NCBI RefSeq assembly: GCF_000143415.4
Contig: NW_003314326.1
Span: 558,001-622,000, forward strand
DNA: 64,000 nucleotides
Direction of reading: 5' to 3'
DNA from: Selaginella moellendorffii
Lineage: Eukaryota > Plantae > Lycopodiophyta
Positions 1-10,687 of this stretch are shown here, one piece after another. The notes beneath the pieces are model-generated. The model worked only from the letters and a program-made list of their open reading frames with translations, had not been told where the DNA came from and made no database searches. Made by a program: the position numbers and the translations under genes. Numbering within the stretch: the first letter of the stretch is position 1; each line of letters opens with the position of its first letter.

Positions 1-238
1 TATATATTTGGGGTTAGATATATCGAGTGCCTAACATATCTAGGGCCGGACATATCGGGGCCCAGCCCGACATATCCAAGGCTTGAGATATGCCAGATTC
101 ACCATATTGAATATTCCTTCAAAATATTTTTGCCCCACTTAGGGTCTACCAAACCTTGGTATTCCCTTTAGATCCACCATGTTGAATATTCCTTTAAAAT
201 ATTCCTGCCCCACTCATTAGCCACAAGAATCAAACTAT

Positions 239-355
239 GCTTTGATACCAATGTTAGGATTCTATCCTTTACACCTTAAACCAACTGGCTAAAGGGGTGA
301 TCACTTGGTTGCAAGGCCTTTTCTTTATCCTATTATCTTGATCTAGTGCCTAACA
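239..355 (-). mobile_element. Short LTR (252-355) with adjacent tRNA-iMet-type primer binding site; small LTR-element/TRIM-like remnant
   Basis: 252-355 begins TGTTAGG and ends CCTAACA (7-bp inverted termini, TG..CA). Next to it, GCTTTGATACCA (239-250) reads TGGTATCAAAGC on the minus strand, close to the canonical Met-i PBS TGGTATCAGAGC. A similar end, AGTGCCTAACA, recurs at 26-36. Confidence 0.5.
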
Positions 356-409
356 TTTAGTCACTTATATCATGATTTTAAGGGATCCTTTATCCTATGA
401 CACCTTGGT

Positions 410-1420
410 TAAAAGTATTTTATAATAGTCATTGCACTAGTAAAAGCACCAACTTCCACCCAACAAATTAAGTAGTCAAAACTAATAATTTATTGCCAAT
501 ATTCAACTGTGGAAAATGCCTATTATACTAAATACTATTAACTCAAAAAAACAAAAAAAACTACAATTGATTCCATAACATGAAGAGGAGTATTACAAGC
601 TTAGCATTAGTTAAACTATGCATATATTAGGTCATATCTTGTCTCATCTCTAACTAATAAAAAGACCTATACAACTTCTTAAGCATATTATAATGTCCCA
701 TATACCCTCCTAAAATGAGAGAGTTATGGTAAGTGTAAAGGAAGCATGGAATGGGATTAAAGGCAATCAACTATAAATGGTTATTCATATCAGTTTTTAC
801 AAAATAAAGAAAGTTATCCTTAAGGTAATATTAAAAATATAAACAACAAATTATCAGCAAACAATACAAGATCTTCAAAGCCATCATAAAGCATTCAAAT
901 CCATGGCTTAACCTTTAGATTTTCTAAACATCATTCAAAGAAGACAAATCTAACTTCACACCTTATGAACATTGATCATCAAACATAACAATTGCTAATA
1001 ACATAGAATCTTTGTTTTAAAATCCACTAACATTAGAATAATAAGCTCCTCAAAAATAGAAAAAGAGAGAGGAGGGAAAGGAACTTGAGCTAGAGCATCA
1101 CTATTAATTATTAAACTCTCAAGGCAATAAATAATCTCAAAGTCATAGATCATAAACCTATTGAGCAATATAGCCAACAAAGTTTTTTGGCTTAAAAAAT
1201 TCTTTGGCTTTAACAGCAAAGTGATTACAATATAATCCAGGTTTAAAAACCATATAAATATGCATGGAACTTCTTAAAACCCTAAACCATTATAAACATT
1301 CCTTTTCTGTTGCAAAATAGTTCAACTTAATTGACTGTAAAGTATAGTCATGTATGTAATGAGATAATATTAGTTAAAGACACTTCTACTCTCTTGCATC
1401 CTATCAAGAACTCCCACACC
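410..1420 (-). mobile_element. Heavily decayed Ty3/Gypsy RNase H-integrase fragment, same family as the element at 36923-41913
   Basis: Minus-strand translation (LLKPKNF...IYDFEIIYCLESLIINSDALAQVPFP; YHNSLILGGYMGH...KKLYRSFY; GGGTGGAAGTTGGTGCT) aligns colinearly with about 39865-40890 of the full-length element, with many stops. Confidence 0.85.
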
Positions 1421-1925
1421 CTGATGGATCGCTCCTGGCAACTAGATTAAGGATATAGTAAAATATGCCTTTTCAATCTAATGGTTGGATACCATATGTA
1501 TGTATGTTTTTCACATGTGTATGGCCATAATGGCTAAGGGAATAAACATGGGAAATTCTACTGAATAATTTTCTGTAATAAAATTTTCTTTGAATCCTTT
1601 CTTACTCCAATCTGGGTCATCTCTCGGTCACTCCAGGTGCCATTCGCATTGATCTCAATAGATGAGCTCAACTGCTCTAGTAAAAGAAATCAAGATTTAA
1701 GTGTCCACGGAGGAAGCACATGGGTGGTTACCAGCAAGGATCTCAAAAATTGCTCCATTGCATGGAAATGTAGTTCAACCTAAATTCTTTAAAGGTGGGC
1801 CTAACCCAAACCTGGGTGGCAGAAGGTTCGGCACTCTTTTCTTTGTAAAGACTGGCAAAGATTATAAGTCAACACCAAACTTTCTATTGTTATTTGAAAA
1901 GGTCGGTATGTGCGATCTTGGCAGA

Positions 1926-3347
1926 ATGGCGTCTCCTCCTCACTTCGTTGTAATTCCACTGCCCGTCTATGGCCACATCTTCCCGATGCTCCATCTCTCC
2001 GTGCAGCTCGCCTCCATTGGAAACAAGATCACATTCATCGCCAGCACTAGGACCAAGACCACCACGCTCTCCACCTTCGAATCCAGTCTATCCCAGATCC
2101 AAGACCCTCAAACAGTACGTACCAATCTCATCTTTGAGTTTCTCTCCGGCGACGAACTTCTCCAGCAAGGTGGCGAGCAAGGCTTCCGGGCCAGTCTCGA
2201 CTGGATGGTCAGCCAGATCACTGCCGTGGACGAAGCAATCGAATCCTGTGTTAGCCGTCACGGCCCAGTTTCCTGTGTGATCCTCGACTTCATGGTTTTC
2301 TTCCTCAAGAACGCAGCGGCAGACAAGAGAAATGCCACTGTTGCTGCCTTGTGGACTGCTTCCGCCCCATGGATGCTCCTTTCTTTGCAGATCCAAGCTT
2401 TGATCGACGGGGGATATGTTCCACTCACGCCTTCCAATGCTCTGTCCGTCGTCTCCGGCCTCACTGGAGTTCCACCCTTGTGCAACTACAAAGACGTTCC
2501 GGTGTGCCTGCTCAAGCCGGTGACAGACCAGCAGATTGAGGAGATAGCAGTGATCTCGAAGATGTTTTTGGAGGTGCCATGGCTGCTGGTGAACACGATC
2601 CCGGAGCTGGACAGTCGATCGCTGCGCTGCGTCCGTCAGCTCGGAGTTAAGTCAGTCGCAATTGGTCCTCTGCTGCCACTCCCGGTGAAGGACTCTTGTA
2701 GAGCTCCAGACGATGTTCCGGTTCTCTCCTGGCTCGACCAGAAGCCACCCCAGTCTGTCGTCTTTATCTGCTTTGGAACGCTGGCGGAGAACACGCTGGA
2801 GCAGCTCCAAGAACTTGCGAGTGCGCTGGAGGAGCTGACGAACCAGAGTTTCCTGTGGGTGCTGCGACCGTCGCAGCAATCGTGCCTGAGCGAGGATTTC
2901 AAGCGACGAACAGCTGCCAGAGGTAAGATCGTTCCCTGGTGCTCGCAGCTCCAAGTTCTCAGCCACCCTTCCATCGGTGGATTCGTGACGCACTGCGGCT
3001 GGAACTCCATCCTTGAGAGCCTGAGCTGTGGCGTCCCAATGCTCGGTTGGCCGTGCCTTGGAGAGCAGAGTCTCAACTCCAAATACTTAGCGGATGTGTG
3101 GAAAGCCGGCACCAGAATTGTTCCTTACAATCCCGATGGCAGCAACAGGGTAGTGAACCGGTCCGAGGTATCGAAAGAAATCGCCCTTTTGATGACAGGC
3201 GAGGAAGGACAAGAGTTGAGGAAGCGTGCTCGCGCGATTCAGAAGGCGAGTACGCGAGCCATGCAGTCGTCAGTCGATGAACTTCGGCGCTGGATTGCTC
3301 AACTGTTCCAGCAGGGAGAAGAAGCTTCAGTGGAAGAACAAGTGTAA
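1926..3347 (+). CDS. UDP-glycosyltransferase (family GT1), intronless
   Basis: N-terminal HFVVIPLPVYGHIFPM with catalytic His; PSPG box [47 protein letters not shown] at 1926 matches the paralog starts (MASP); the upstream ORF extension from 1701 is probably non-coding. Confidence 0.93.
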   Translation: MASPPHFVVIPLPVYGHIFPMLHLSVQLASIGNKITFIASTRTKTTTLSTFESSLSQIQDPQTVRTNLIFEFLSGDELLQQGGEQGFRASLDWMVSQITAVDEAIESCVSRHGPVSCVILDFMVFFLKNAAADKRNATVAALWTASAPWMLLSLQIQALIDGGYVPLTPSNALSVVSGLTGVPPLCNYKDVPVCLLKPVTDQQIEEIAVISKMFLEVPWLLVNTIPELDSRSLRCVRQLGVKSVAIGPLLPLPVKDSCRAPDDVPVLSWLDQKPPQSVVFICFGTLAENTLEQLQELASALEELTNQSFLWVLRPSQQSCLSEDFKRRTAARGKIVPWCSQLQVLSHPSIGGFVTHCGWNSILESLSCGVPMLGWPCLGEQSLNSKYLADVWKAGTRIVPYNPDGSNRVVNRSEVSKEIALLMTGEEGQELRKRARAIQKASTRAMQSSVDELRRWIAQLFQQGEEASVEEQV

Positions 3348-3592
3348 GCTTCGTGGCGCAGCTCGAGACAAAACAATGTTGACAATTGAGTCCTAGCCAA
3401 CTTTTTCGGTAAAAGCCTCGAAACATGTCAGACAACGCATTTCTCTCCTCGAATAAATGTGGTTGGCCAAAGCACACCTACCAAAAAAAGAAGACTGAGG
3501 CGATCTCTACCAGCAAAGCACCAGAAAAACGATACCGAGTGAAGGCCAGCTGTTAAGTCGTGAGCCCGATGATCGTCCTCCCATCGCATTCC

Positions 3593-4970
3593 ATGGCTTC
3601 TCCACACTTGGTTGTGGTTCCACTGCCGCTCTACGGACACATATCCCCAATGCTTCGATTGTCAGTCCAGAGCTCGCATCACTGGGAAACAAAGTTACCT
3701 TCATCGCCAGCGGAAGAACACAGACTGCCACGCTCTCGGTATTCGAGTCGAGCCTCTCCCACATCGATGACGCCGAAACGCCGCGTACCGGGCTTAGCTT
3801 TGAGTTCATTCCGATGAAGACGGCGTCGAGCTCGAGCAAGGCGGTGAGGAAGGAATCTGGGCCGTTTTGCGATGGATGAGCGCGCAGCACGGTACCGTAG
3901 ATCAAATAGTCGAGTCGTCCGTTAGCCGCCACGGCCAGATCTCCTGCGTGATCCTCGACTTCCTGGCTCTCCACCTCAAGGACGTGGCTGACAAGCACAA
4001 GGCTTCCGTGGCTTTGTTTTGGACGCCATCTCCGCCTTGGCTACTTCTCTGTCTCCAAGTGAAAGCTTTCGTGGTCGGGGGCTATGCCCCTCTCACGCCT
4101 TCCAATGCTCTCTCCACTGTCTCGGGCCTCACCGGAGTTCGAGCTCTGTGTAACTACATGGACGTTCCAACGAGCATGCTGATCAGCAACTTGAAAGGGC
4201 TGGCACAGTACCTGATCGAGGTACCATGGGTGATCATGAACACGATCCCGGAGCTGGACTCTCAGTCTCTTGCTTGCATCCGCCAACTCGGAGTGAAGCT
4301 GGTCACACTCGGTCCTTCGCTGCCGATGGATGATCCGGTAGCTCCGGATGATCTTCCAATCATCTCCTGGCTGCACGAGAAACTACCCCTCTCGGTCCTT
4401 TACATCTGCTTTGGAACGGTGGCAGACCACTCGATGGAGCAGCTCCAAGAACTCGCCAGCTCACTGGAAGAGCTCGTCAGTAACCACCAGAATTTTCCTT
4501 CTTGTGGGCTTTGCGTCGATCCCAGCAGCCGAGTTTGAGCGAGGAGTTCCAGCGAAGAACTTCTGCGAGAGGTATGGTCGTTCCTTGGTGCTCGCAGCTC
4601 CAGATTCTCAAGCATCCCTCAGTTGGTGGATTCGTCACGCACTGCGGCTGGAACTCCATCCTAGAGAGCTTGAGCTGTGGAGTTCCACTGGTCGGCTGGC
4701 CATCTATCGCGGAGCAAAGACTCAATGCAAATGGATGTGTGGACGGTCGGCGCCAGGATCGTCCCTCGCAATCCCGATGCCAGCACCAGGCTTGTCGCTC
4801 GATCCGAAATATCCGACGCGATCGCCACGGTGATGATCGCCGAGGAAGGGCGGGAGATGAGGAGCCGCGCTCGCGAGATCCCGAAGGCTGCCGATCGAGC
4901 AATGCGATCTTCCCTAGCCGCGGCAAGACGCTGGGCGGAGAATTTCTCACCGTTAGAAGATGCTACCTAG
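3593..4970 (+). pseudogene. UDP-glycosyltransferase pseudogene, near-identical to the UGT at 12920-14335
   Basis: Coding similarity is split over ORFs 3560-3817, 3867-4538, 4502-5125 and 4677-4970. Relative to the 12920 copy there are frameshifts/deletions near 3670, 3780, 4175, 4495 and 4730. Confidence 0.9.
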
Positions 4971-4988
4971 GATTTAGGGTTCTTGGGA

Positions 4989-6812
4989 ATGAGAAGGGCG
5001 CCTATAGACGATATTCCCAGGACCGTGACGGCGATCCTCAATCTCCTCCACAGCGGTCGGCCATGGAGCGCGATCGAGCCCGATCTCTCGCCATTCTCGG
5101 CCACCACGCCCAGGATCGTAGGTAGGGTCGTGAACAGCCTGAAGGACGCCAAGCTCGCCCTCGCCTTCTTCCGCTGGGCGCCAGCGAGCATTCCAGGGTT
5201 CTCCCACACCGCATTCTCCTGGAATTCGCTGCTCCAGGTGCTTGTGCGATGCAAGAAGCATCGCGAGGCGGGCGACCTCTTTCGCTCGGAGCTCCTCACG
5301 AGCTGCGAGCCCGATGTGTGCTCCTACAACATCGTCATCTCTGGATTTTGCAATGCTGGGGATCTCCACGCGGCGCTTGAGCTCCTCGAGGAGATGAAGA
5401 GCGCCGGGTTCGCTCCAGATGCTTTCACGCACACGCCGATCATCACAGCCATGGCCAATGCCGGTGATTTGGATGGAGCCATGGATCACTTGAGGAGCAT
5501 GGGATGCGATCCAAACGTGGTGACTTACACAGCTCTCATAGCAGCGTTTGCAAGAGCAAAGAAGCTCGAGGAGGCGATGAAGCTGCTCGAGGAGATGCGA
5601 GAGCGTGGCTGCCCTCCAAACTTGGTGACATACAACGTCTTGGTGGATGCTCTCTGCAAGCTTTCCATGGTTGGAGCTGCCCAAGACGTGGTGAAGAAGA
5701 TGATCGAGGGTGGCTTTGCTCCAAACGTGATGACCTTCAACTCTCTCGTGGATGGATTCTGCAAGAGAGGCAATGTTGACGATGCTCGCAAGCTCCTGGG
5801 GATCATGGTGGCCAAGGGAATGAGACCCAACGTCGTGACTTACAGCGCTCTCATCGATGGGCTTTGCAAGTCTCAAAAGTTTCTCGAGGCCAAGGAGGTC
5901 CTGGAGGAGATGAAGGCCAGCGGTGTTACTCCCGACGCTTTCACTTACAGTGCCTTGATCCATGGACTGTGCAAGGCTGACAAGATCGAAGAAGCCGAGC
6001 AAATGCTCCGACGCATGGCTGGTTCCGGCTGCACTCCCGACGTGGTTGTCTACAGCAGCATCATCCACGCGTTTTGCAAGTCCGGGAAGTTACTCGAGGC
6101 ACAGAAAACTCTCCAGGAGATGCGAAAGCAGCGGAAATCTCCGGACGTGGTGACTTACAACACAGTGATTGACGGACTTTGCAAGCTAGGAAAGATCGCC
6201 GAGGCTCAAGTGATACTGGATCAGATGCAAGAATCCGGGGACGTTCTACCGGACGTGGTGACTTACAGCACGGTCATCAACGGACTTTGCAAATCCGACA
6301 TGCTTGTCGAGGCACAAAAGTTGCTGGACAGGATGTGTAAAGCTGGCTGCAACCCGGACGTTGTTACTTACACCACCATCATCGACGGGCTTTGCAAGTG
6401 TGGAAGATTGGAGGAGGCCGAGTATTTGCTCCAAGGGATGAAGAGAGCTGGCTGTGCTCCAAACGTTGTCACGTACACCACGCTCATCTCCGGCCTGTGC
6501 AAAGCTCGCAAAGTGGATGAAGCGGAACGAGTCATGGAGGAGATGAGAAACGCAGGCTGCCCTCCAAACCTGGTGACTTACAACACCATGGTGAATGGTT
6601 TGTGTGTGTCGGGACGGATCAAAGAAGCACAGCAGCTAGTCCAGAGGATGAAAGACGGTCGTGCGGAGTGCTCGCCCGACGCGGCCACTTACAGAACCAT
6701 CGTCAATGCGCTCATGAGCTCCGACTTGGTCCAGGAAGCCGAGCAGCTGCTGGAGCAGATGAAGTCGACCACATCGAGCCAACAGGAACAAGGGTCTCTC
6801 ACGCTTTTCTAA
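4989..6812 (+). CDS. P-class pentatricopeptide repeat protein, intronless
   Basis: About 14 tandem 35-aa repeats of the form VVTYxxLIdGLCKxGxxxEAxxLLxxMxxxGcxPD/N; first ATG at 4989. Confidence 0.95.
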   Translation: MRRAPIDDIPRTVTAILNLLHSGRPWSAIEPDLSPFSATTPRIVGRVVNSLKDAKLALAFFRWAPASIPGFSHTAFSWNSLLQVLVRCKKHREAGDLFRSELLTSCEPDVCSYNIVISGFCNAGDLHAALELLEEMKSAGFAPDAFTHTPIITAMANAGDLDGAMDHLRSMGCDPNVVTYTALIAAFARAKKLEEAMKLLEEMRERGCPPNLVTYNVLVDALCKLSMVGAAQDVVKKMIEGGFAPNVMTFNSLVDGFCKRGNVDDARKLLGIMVAKGMRPNVVTYSALIDGLCKSQKFLEAKEVLEEMKASGVTPDAFTYSALIHGLCKADKIEEAEQMLRRMAGSGCTPDVVVYSSIIHAFCKSGKLLEAQKTLQEMRKQRKSPDVVTYNTVIDGLCKLGKIAEAQVILDQMQESGDVLPDVVTYSTVINGLCKSDMLVEAQKLLDRMCKAGCNPDVVTYTTIIDGLCKCGRLEEAEYLLQGMKRAGCAPNVVTYTTLISGLCKARKVDEAERVMEEMRNAGCPPNLVTYNTMVNGLCVSGRIKEAQQLVQRMKDGRAECSPDAATYRTIVNALMSSDLVQEAEQLLEQMKSTTSSQQEQGSLTLF

Positions 6813-6889
6813 CTGGTGTGTAAGTTCTTTCATTCATAGTCTTTCTTTTTCTCATTTGGTGCTGTTGGCTCTAGCAGGTTCATGCTGAT

Positions 6890-7615
6890 CTTCCCAAGTT
6901 CATTGTTTTTGTTGCGAAGTTTATCAACCTCAGGCTTGAATTGATTTCCTTGATTCAACACTTGCGACGGGGACGGTGTTAGATGCTCCAGGTGGGAAGT
7001 CTTATCGTTCTGAGATTTGGCTTTCTAAGATTGTTTCAGAGTATCAAAATCGGCTCTATTGAAAAGTTCCTATGCGTCAACACTCACAGATCGATCATTC
7101 AAATCAAGATCTCAAGGTAAGAGCTTTCCTCTTTGTCTCATTTTCTTATAAACTACGCAGGTGGTAGTGGAGATTGGAACTAGAACACTATGTTTACAAG
7201 CGTACAAAGCTCTGGGATTCCATCCAAAGGATTAAATCCGTGCGCTACGCCTCACATCAACATGATTCCGACAAACAACGTTGTCCAATGCTGCAAGTTC
7301 GCGGGCACTGCGAAAGTGCAAAATCCCCGATCATAGACAAGAAACACGATGTCCCAGCCTCCAGCTTCCCGGCCTGGCTCAGCACGCTCAAAACCAGCAC
7401 GAATATAGCCTTAGCTATCTCGTCCAGCAGCTTCATCTCATCGAAGAGATTCATCACTGCGACCCATCGGCAAATCCACGCCACGAGATTTCTCTCAGGC
7501 ATTCTTTCGAAGATCTTCTTTGCTTGATCCAAATGCCCGTTCTGGACATACGCTGCTGCGATGGCGGTCCAGCACACGCCCGGGAATCCGTCAAACATCG
7601 CCTTGGCCTCGTAGG
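6890..7615. repeat. Direct duplication of about 10335-11257
   Basis: TTCCCAAGTTCATTGTTTT...ATGCTCCAGGTGGGAAGTCTTAT...CCTATGCGTCAACACTCAC and the PPR 3' end are colinear in both places. Confidence 0.9.
7180..7615 (-). pseudogene. 3' fragment of a PLS-E PPR gene, decayed copy of 10688-12868
   Basis: YEAKAMFDGFP..VCWTAIAAAYVQNGHLDQAKKIFERMPERNLVAW...LSQAGKLEAGTSCFLSMIGDF matches the C-terminus of the intact gene, with internal deletions and no 5' part. Confidence 0.88.
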
Positions 7616-8431
7616 TCGATTCGAATGATTTTGCAGTCAAAAAGCTAGAACCATTAGTCGAGAAACATGCCTACCGAATACAAGCCCCTCTATCTTTCCC
7701 TCTGCCAGCTTGTCTTCTTATATTCAGATCCTGTTAGATTAGAAAACGAAGGCGCGGAGGCTTTAGAAAACATAAATCGCGAACGTTTGGCAGCTTTTCT
7801 CCCACCTCCAAATCAAAGAAATATCTTTCTTACTTTATACACCTGAGAGAACACCATTCCGACGATATGTTCTGGCCTTCGTGAGTCAGCGTGAAAAGCA
7901 GCTGTTCTGCCTCGGCAACTTTGCCTACAGTGTCCGCCAACCTCACAAGCCTGAATTCAAAGGTAGAAGTTTTTTTTCCTTTTTCTTTAGCGCTTGCCTG
8001 TGTCCATGCAAAGAATTCGGCCACCATTTAAAATTCTCATTGATCGTCACGGGCTTAGATATCTCTGACCAAGAAAACTTACCCTCTCAGAAGTAGTCCA
8101 AGAATCCGATCGAGTATACTCCTCTCCAGAAGGATTGGTGTTGCGATCGATAATCGAATTTGTCTGGTATCAATCACGGTAGTGGTAGGACTGCGACCGC
8201 ATTAGAAATATGTGCCGGGGATGCTGATCCCCCTTCGGATGGTTGTGGCGATCTGTCATCGTGCTCCCCGATGCCATGTACTTCTGATTCATTACGACCT
8301 ACACAGGCTGAGAGAGTCAAACACACACAGCTTGAACGCAGGAATAAGAAGTCGAGATTGCAAGAGGTAGTTTCTTAAAAAGGAGAGCTAATGTTGCGAC
8401 TCTTGGGTCAGAGAGACAAGCTTTTTCATGG

Positions 8432-9258
8432 CTATGAATTGCTGCCGGTTGCTAGGCAAAATGATTGGGTACATCGCTGGGTCGACAACGGCCCGTCCCT
8501 CTGCCACCCAGTCCAATCCCTGTATTGCAGCAGGTGATGCTCTGCCATAGAATCAACAGTATCACGAAGCGCCACTAGCTCCGAATACGGAACAACACCA
8601 TCCGGGTGAGATACAACTCTTTCCAGGACTGAAAGGAATGTCTCCTGTGTCCACCTGTTATCAGCGAAAGCCAGAGCCTCATCCTTGGTGAAGTTTCCTA
8701 TCATCACGTGACCTTGGACGCCAGGCATATGATCAATCCATGACTTGAAGAAGTTCTCGGACGAAAGCAAGACAATGTTTGCTCCACACTCCTGCTTGGA
8801 GATCCTGACTACCTGCCGCATCAACTCCTCCAGCTCGCGAGGACCCCAGTATCGAAGAACGTTGGCTTCGTCGATGAAAATCGTTGGGAAGGCACCGATG
8901 TAGCCACCAAGTGAAAACCCCACCACGTTCACGGAGTAGGCACTTAAGGCCTGAAACACCATCTCCATCGCATCAGGCCGTTCCTTGCTATACGAGACGG
9001 CTGCAGCAGGAGTGGTGACCATGATCACTTGCCGCCAAGTTTAACATCGACTTGAGTTCTCTGTCCCAAAGAGGCAAAGTTCGCAGCAGACATGTTGTAA
9101 CTCTTCATCAAATCGATGTAGGAAGACACCCCTGAGACAAGTCCCACGCTCTCCCTATGGCGGAACTCGTGAATCGTGGCGGTCTTACCCGAATCCTTGA
9201 GACCGAGGATGATCACAAACTTCCGAAGTTGAATTCTTGTAAGAGGATGAACTATCAT
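8432..9258 (-). pseudogene. P-loop ATPase (STAND/AAA+ 'archaeal ATPase'-like), split reading frame
   Basis: Walker A-like VIILGLKDSGKTA in ORF 9025-9258; Walker B TIFIDEAN, then NIVLLSSE and IGNFTKDEA in the overlapping ORF 8432-9028. Confidence 0.6.
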
Positions 9259-10687
9259 ATAATTTTTAAGTATTAGTTTGTGGAGGAGTGGAATAAAGTT
9301 TTGTTATCCACCATGATCTTCACTTTGTCGGCTAGCAAATAGTGGTTCTTGGTAAAGAATCTCTTTATAACTTGCACACAGCCATAGTTCAATGGTGTTC
9401 CTAAGCCTTGTTGTTTCCATCTAAGTTTGTTCGAAAAGATCTAGAGTGTTTGTTGGGAGTTTGGAGAGCTTGGCCCAATTTTATAGGATGTCTAGAGAGT
9501 GGATAAATTGTTAAAACACAATGGTTTGAGCTTGGAGAAGTTGTTGGACAATATCTCTAATGAGCTGGAGCAGTCAGTGAGGAGTTTGAATGCAAGAAGA
9601 GGCATACCACCCTCCTGTGGTGAGCTAGCAAGCGAATCTTGCAGCCAGTTGTGGGAACACAGTGGCCCTAAGCATGGAGGAGTTACTAGAGGACACGTCC
9701 TGTGTGTTGAAGCGGCTAAAGAATTATTAAAGAGTCTGTCACTATGGGTGGGGAAATTTTGGAGTTGTTCATGAATCTCAAGTATACTAAAAGTCCTAAG
9801 AGAGTTCTCTAATAGGTTGGATTGGAGTGACTGGGAGCTCCTGGTGCAAGAAAGAGCCCACCACCTTCTTGGGCAAGTTGGATTGGAGAATCTTGGTATA
9901 CATTAAGAACAACTATAGACCAGTGGTGTTCCTAGGCATGTTTGAGAACAATGTAATGTATGAGAGACACAGAAACCACAACTGCAAAGTTAGGACTAAA
10001 AAAGATTCACTGGAGAATTTGTGCATGGCATCTCCTTGGTGGTGCAAGTTGGTGGGCAGCACTTCTACTGCAAGCAGGCCATTAGAGGTGCATTTGGTGA
10101 GCTAAAGGAGCTCAGGAGCGACAAGAAAAAAAAGAAGAGGAGAACAGCTAAGCCAGGCACGTAAATCAATCTCACGTGGATTAAAACCAACTTGGACTGT
10201 TTGCATCCACAACCAAGGCACAAAAGTTGTTGGACAGGATGTGTAATGCAGGGAGGCTGATCTTTTGTTATACTGGAGGAGAGTACATCTGTAAGTTTGC
10301 TTGTTTTTCACTTTCTTGTTATGTCTCATGGTATTTTCCCAAGTTCATTGTTTTCATTGCAAAGTTTATCAATCTCAGGTTTGCATCGATTTCCTGATTT
10401 CAACACCTGACGGGGACAGTGTTAAATGCTCCAGGTGGGAAGTCTTATTGTATTTGGCAAAAGCTTTGGTTTTCTAGGATTGTATCAGAGTATTCTATTG
10501 AGAAGCTCCTATGCGTCAACACTCACTAACTCAAAATCACGGGGCTGTAGTATCAGAGATTTAATGACGATGGGCATCTTTCTCTCAAGGCTCTCCCATC
10601 TAACATTTCATTTTTCTTATAAACCATGCAGGACCACCACGGAGGTGACGGTGGCTCTCCAAACTCTATTGGAACTACGTACGCTTC

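Noticed and set aside
1701-1925. 75-aa N-terminal extension of the first UGT ORF
   Set aside because: It starts at GTG and has no counterpart in the paralogs; the ATG at 1926 matches their starts.
4974-6068. 364-aa antisense ORF over the PPR gene, and similar long shadow ORFs over the ATL, UGT and ARF genes
   Set aside because: Expected by-products of GC-rich codon usage; no recognisable domains.
9499-10105. Short ORFs in CpG-poor sequence between the ATPase relic and the PPR remnant
   Set aside because: Looks like decayed sequence; no motif I can assign.
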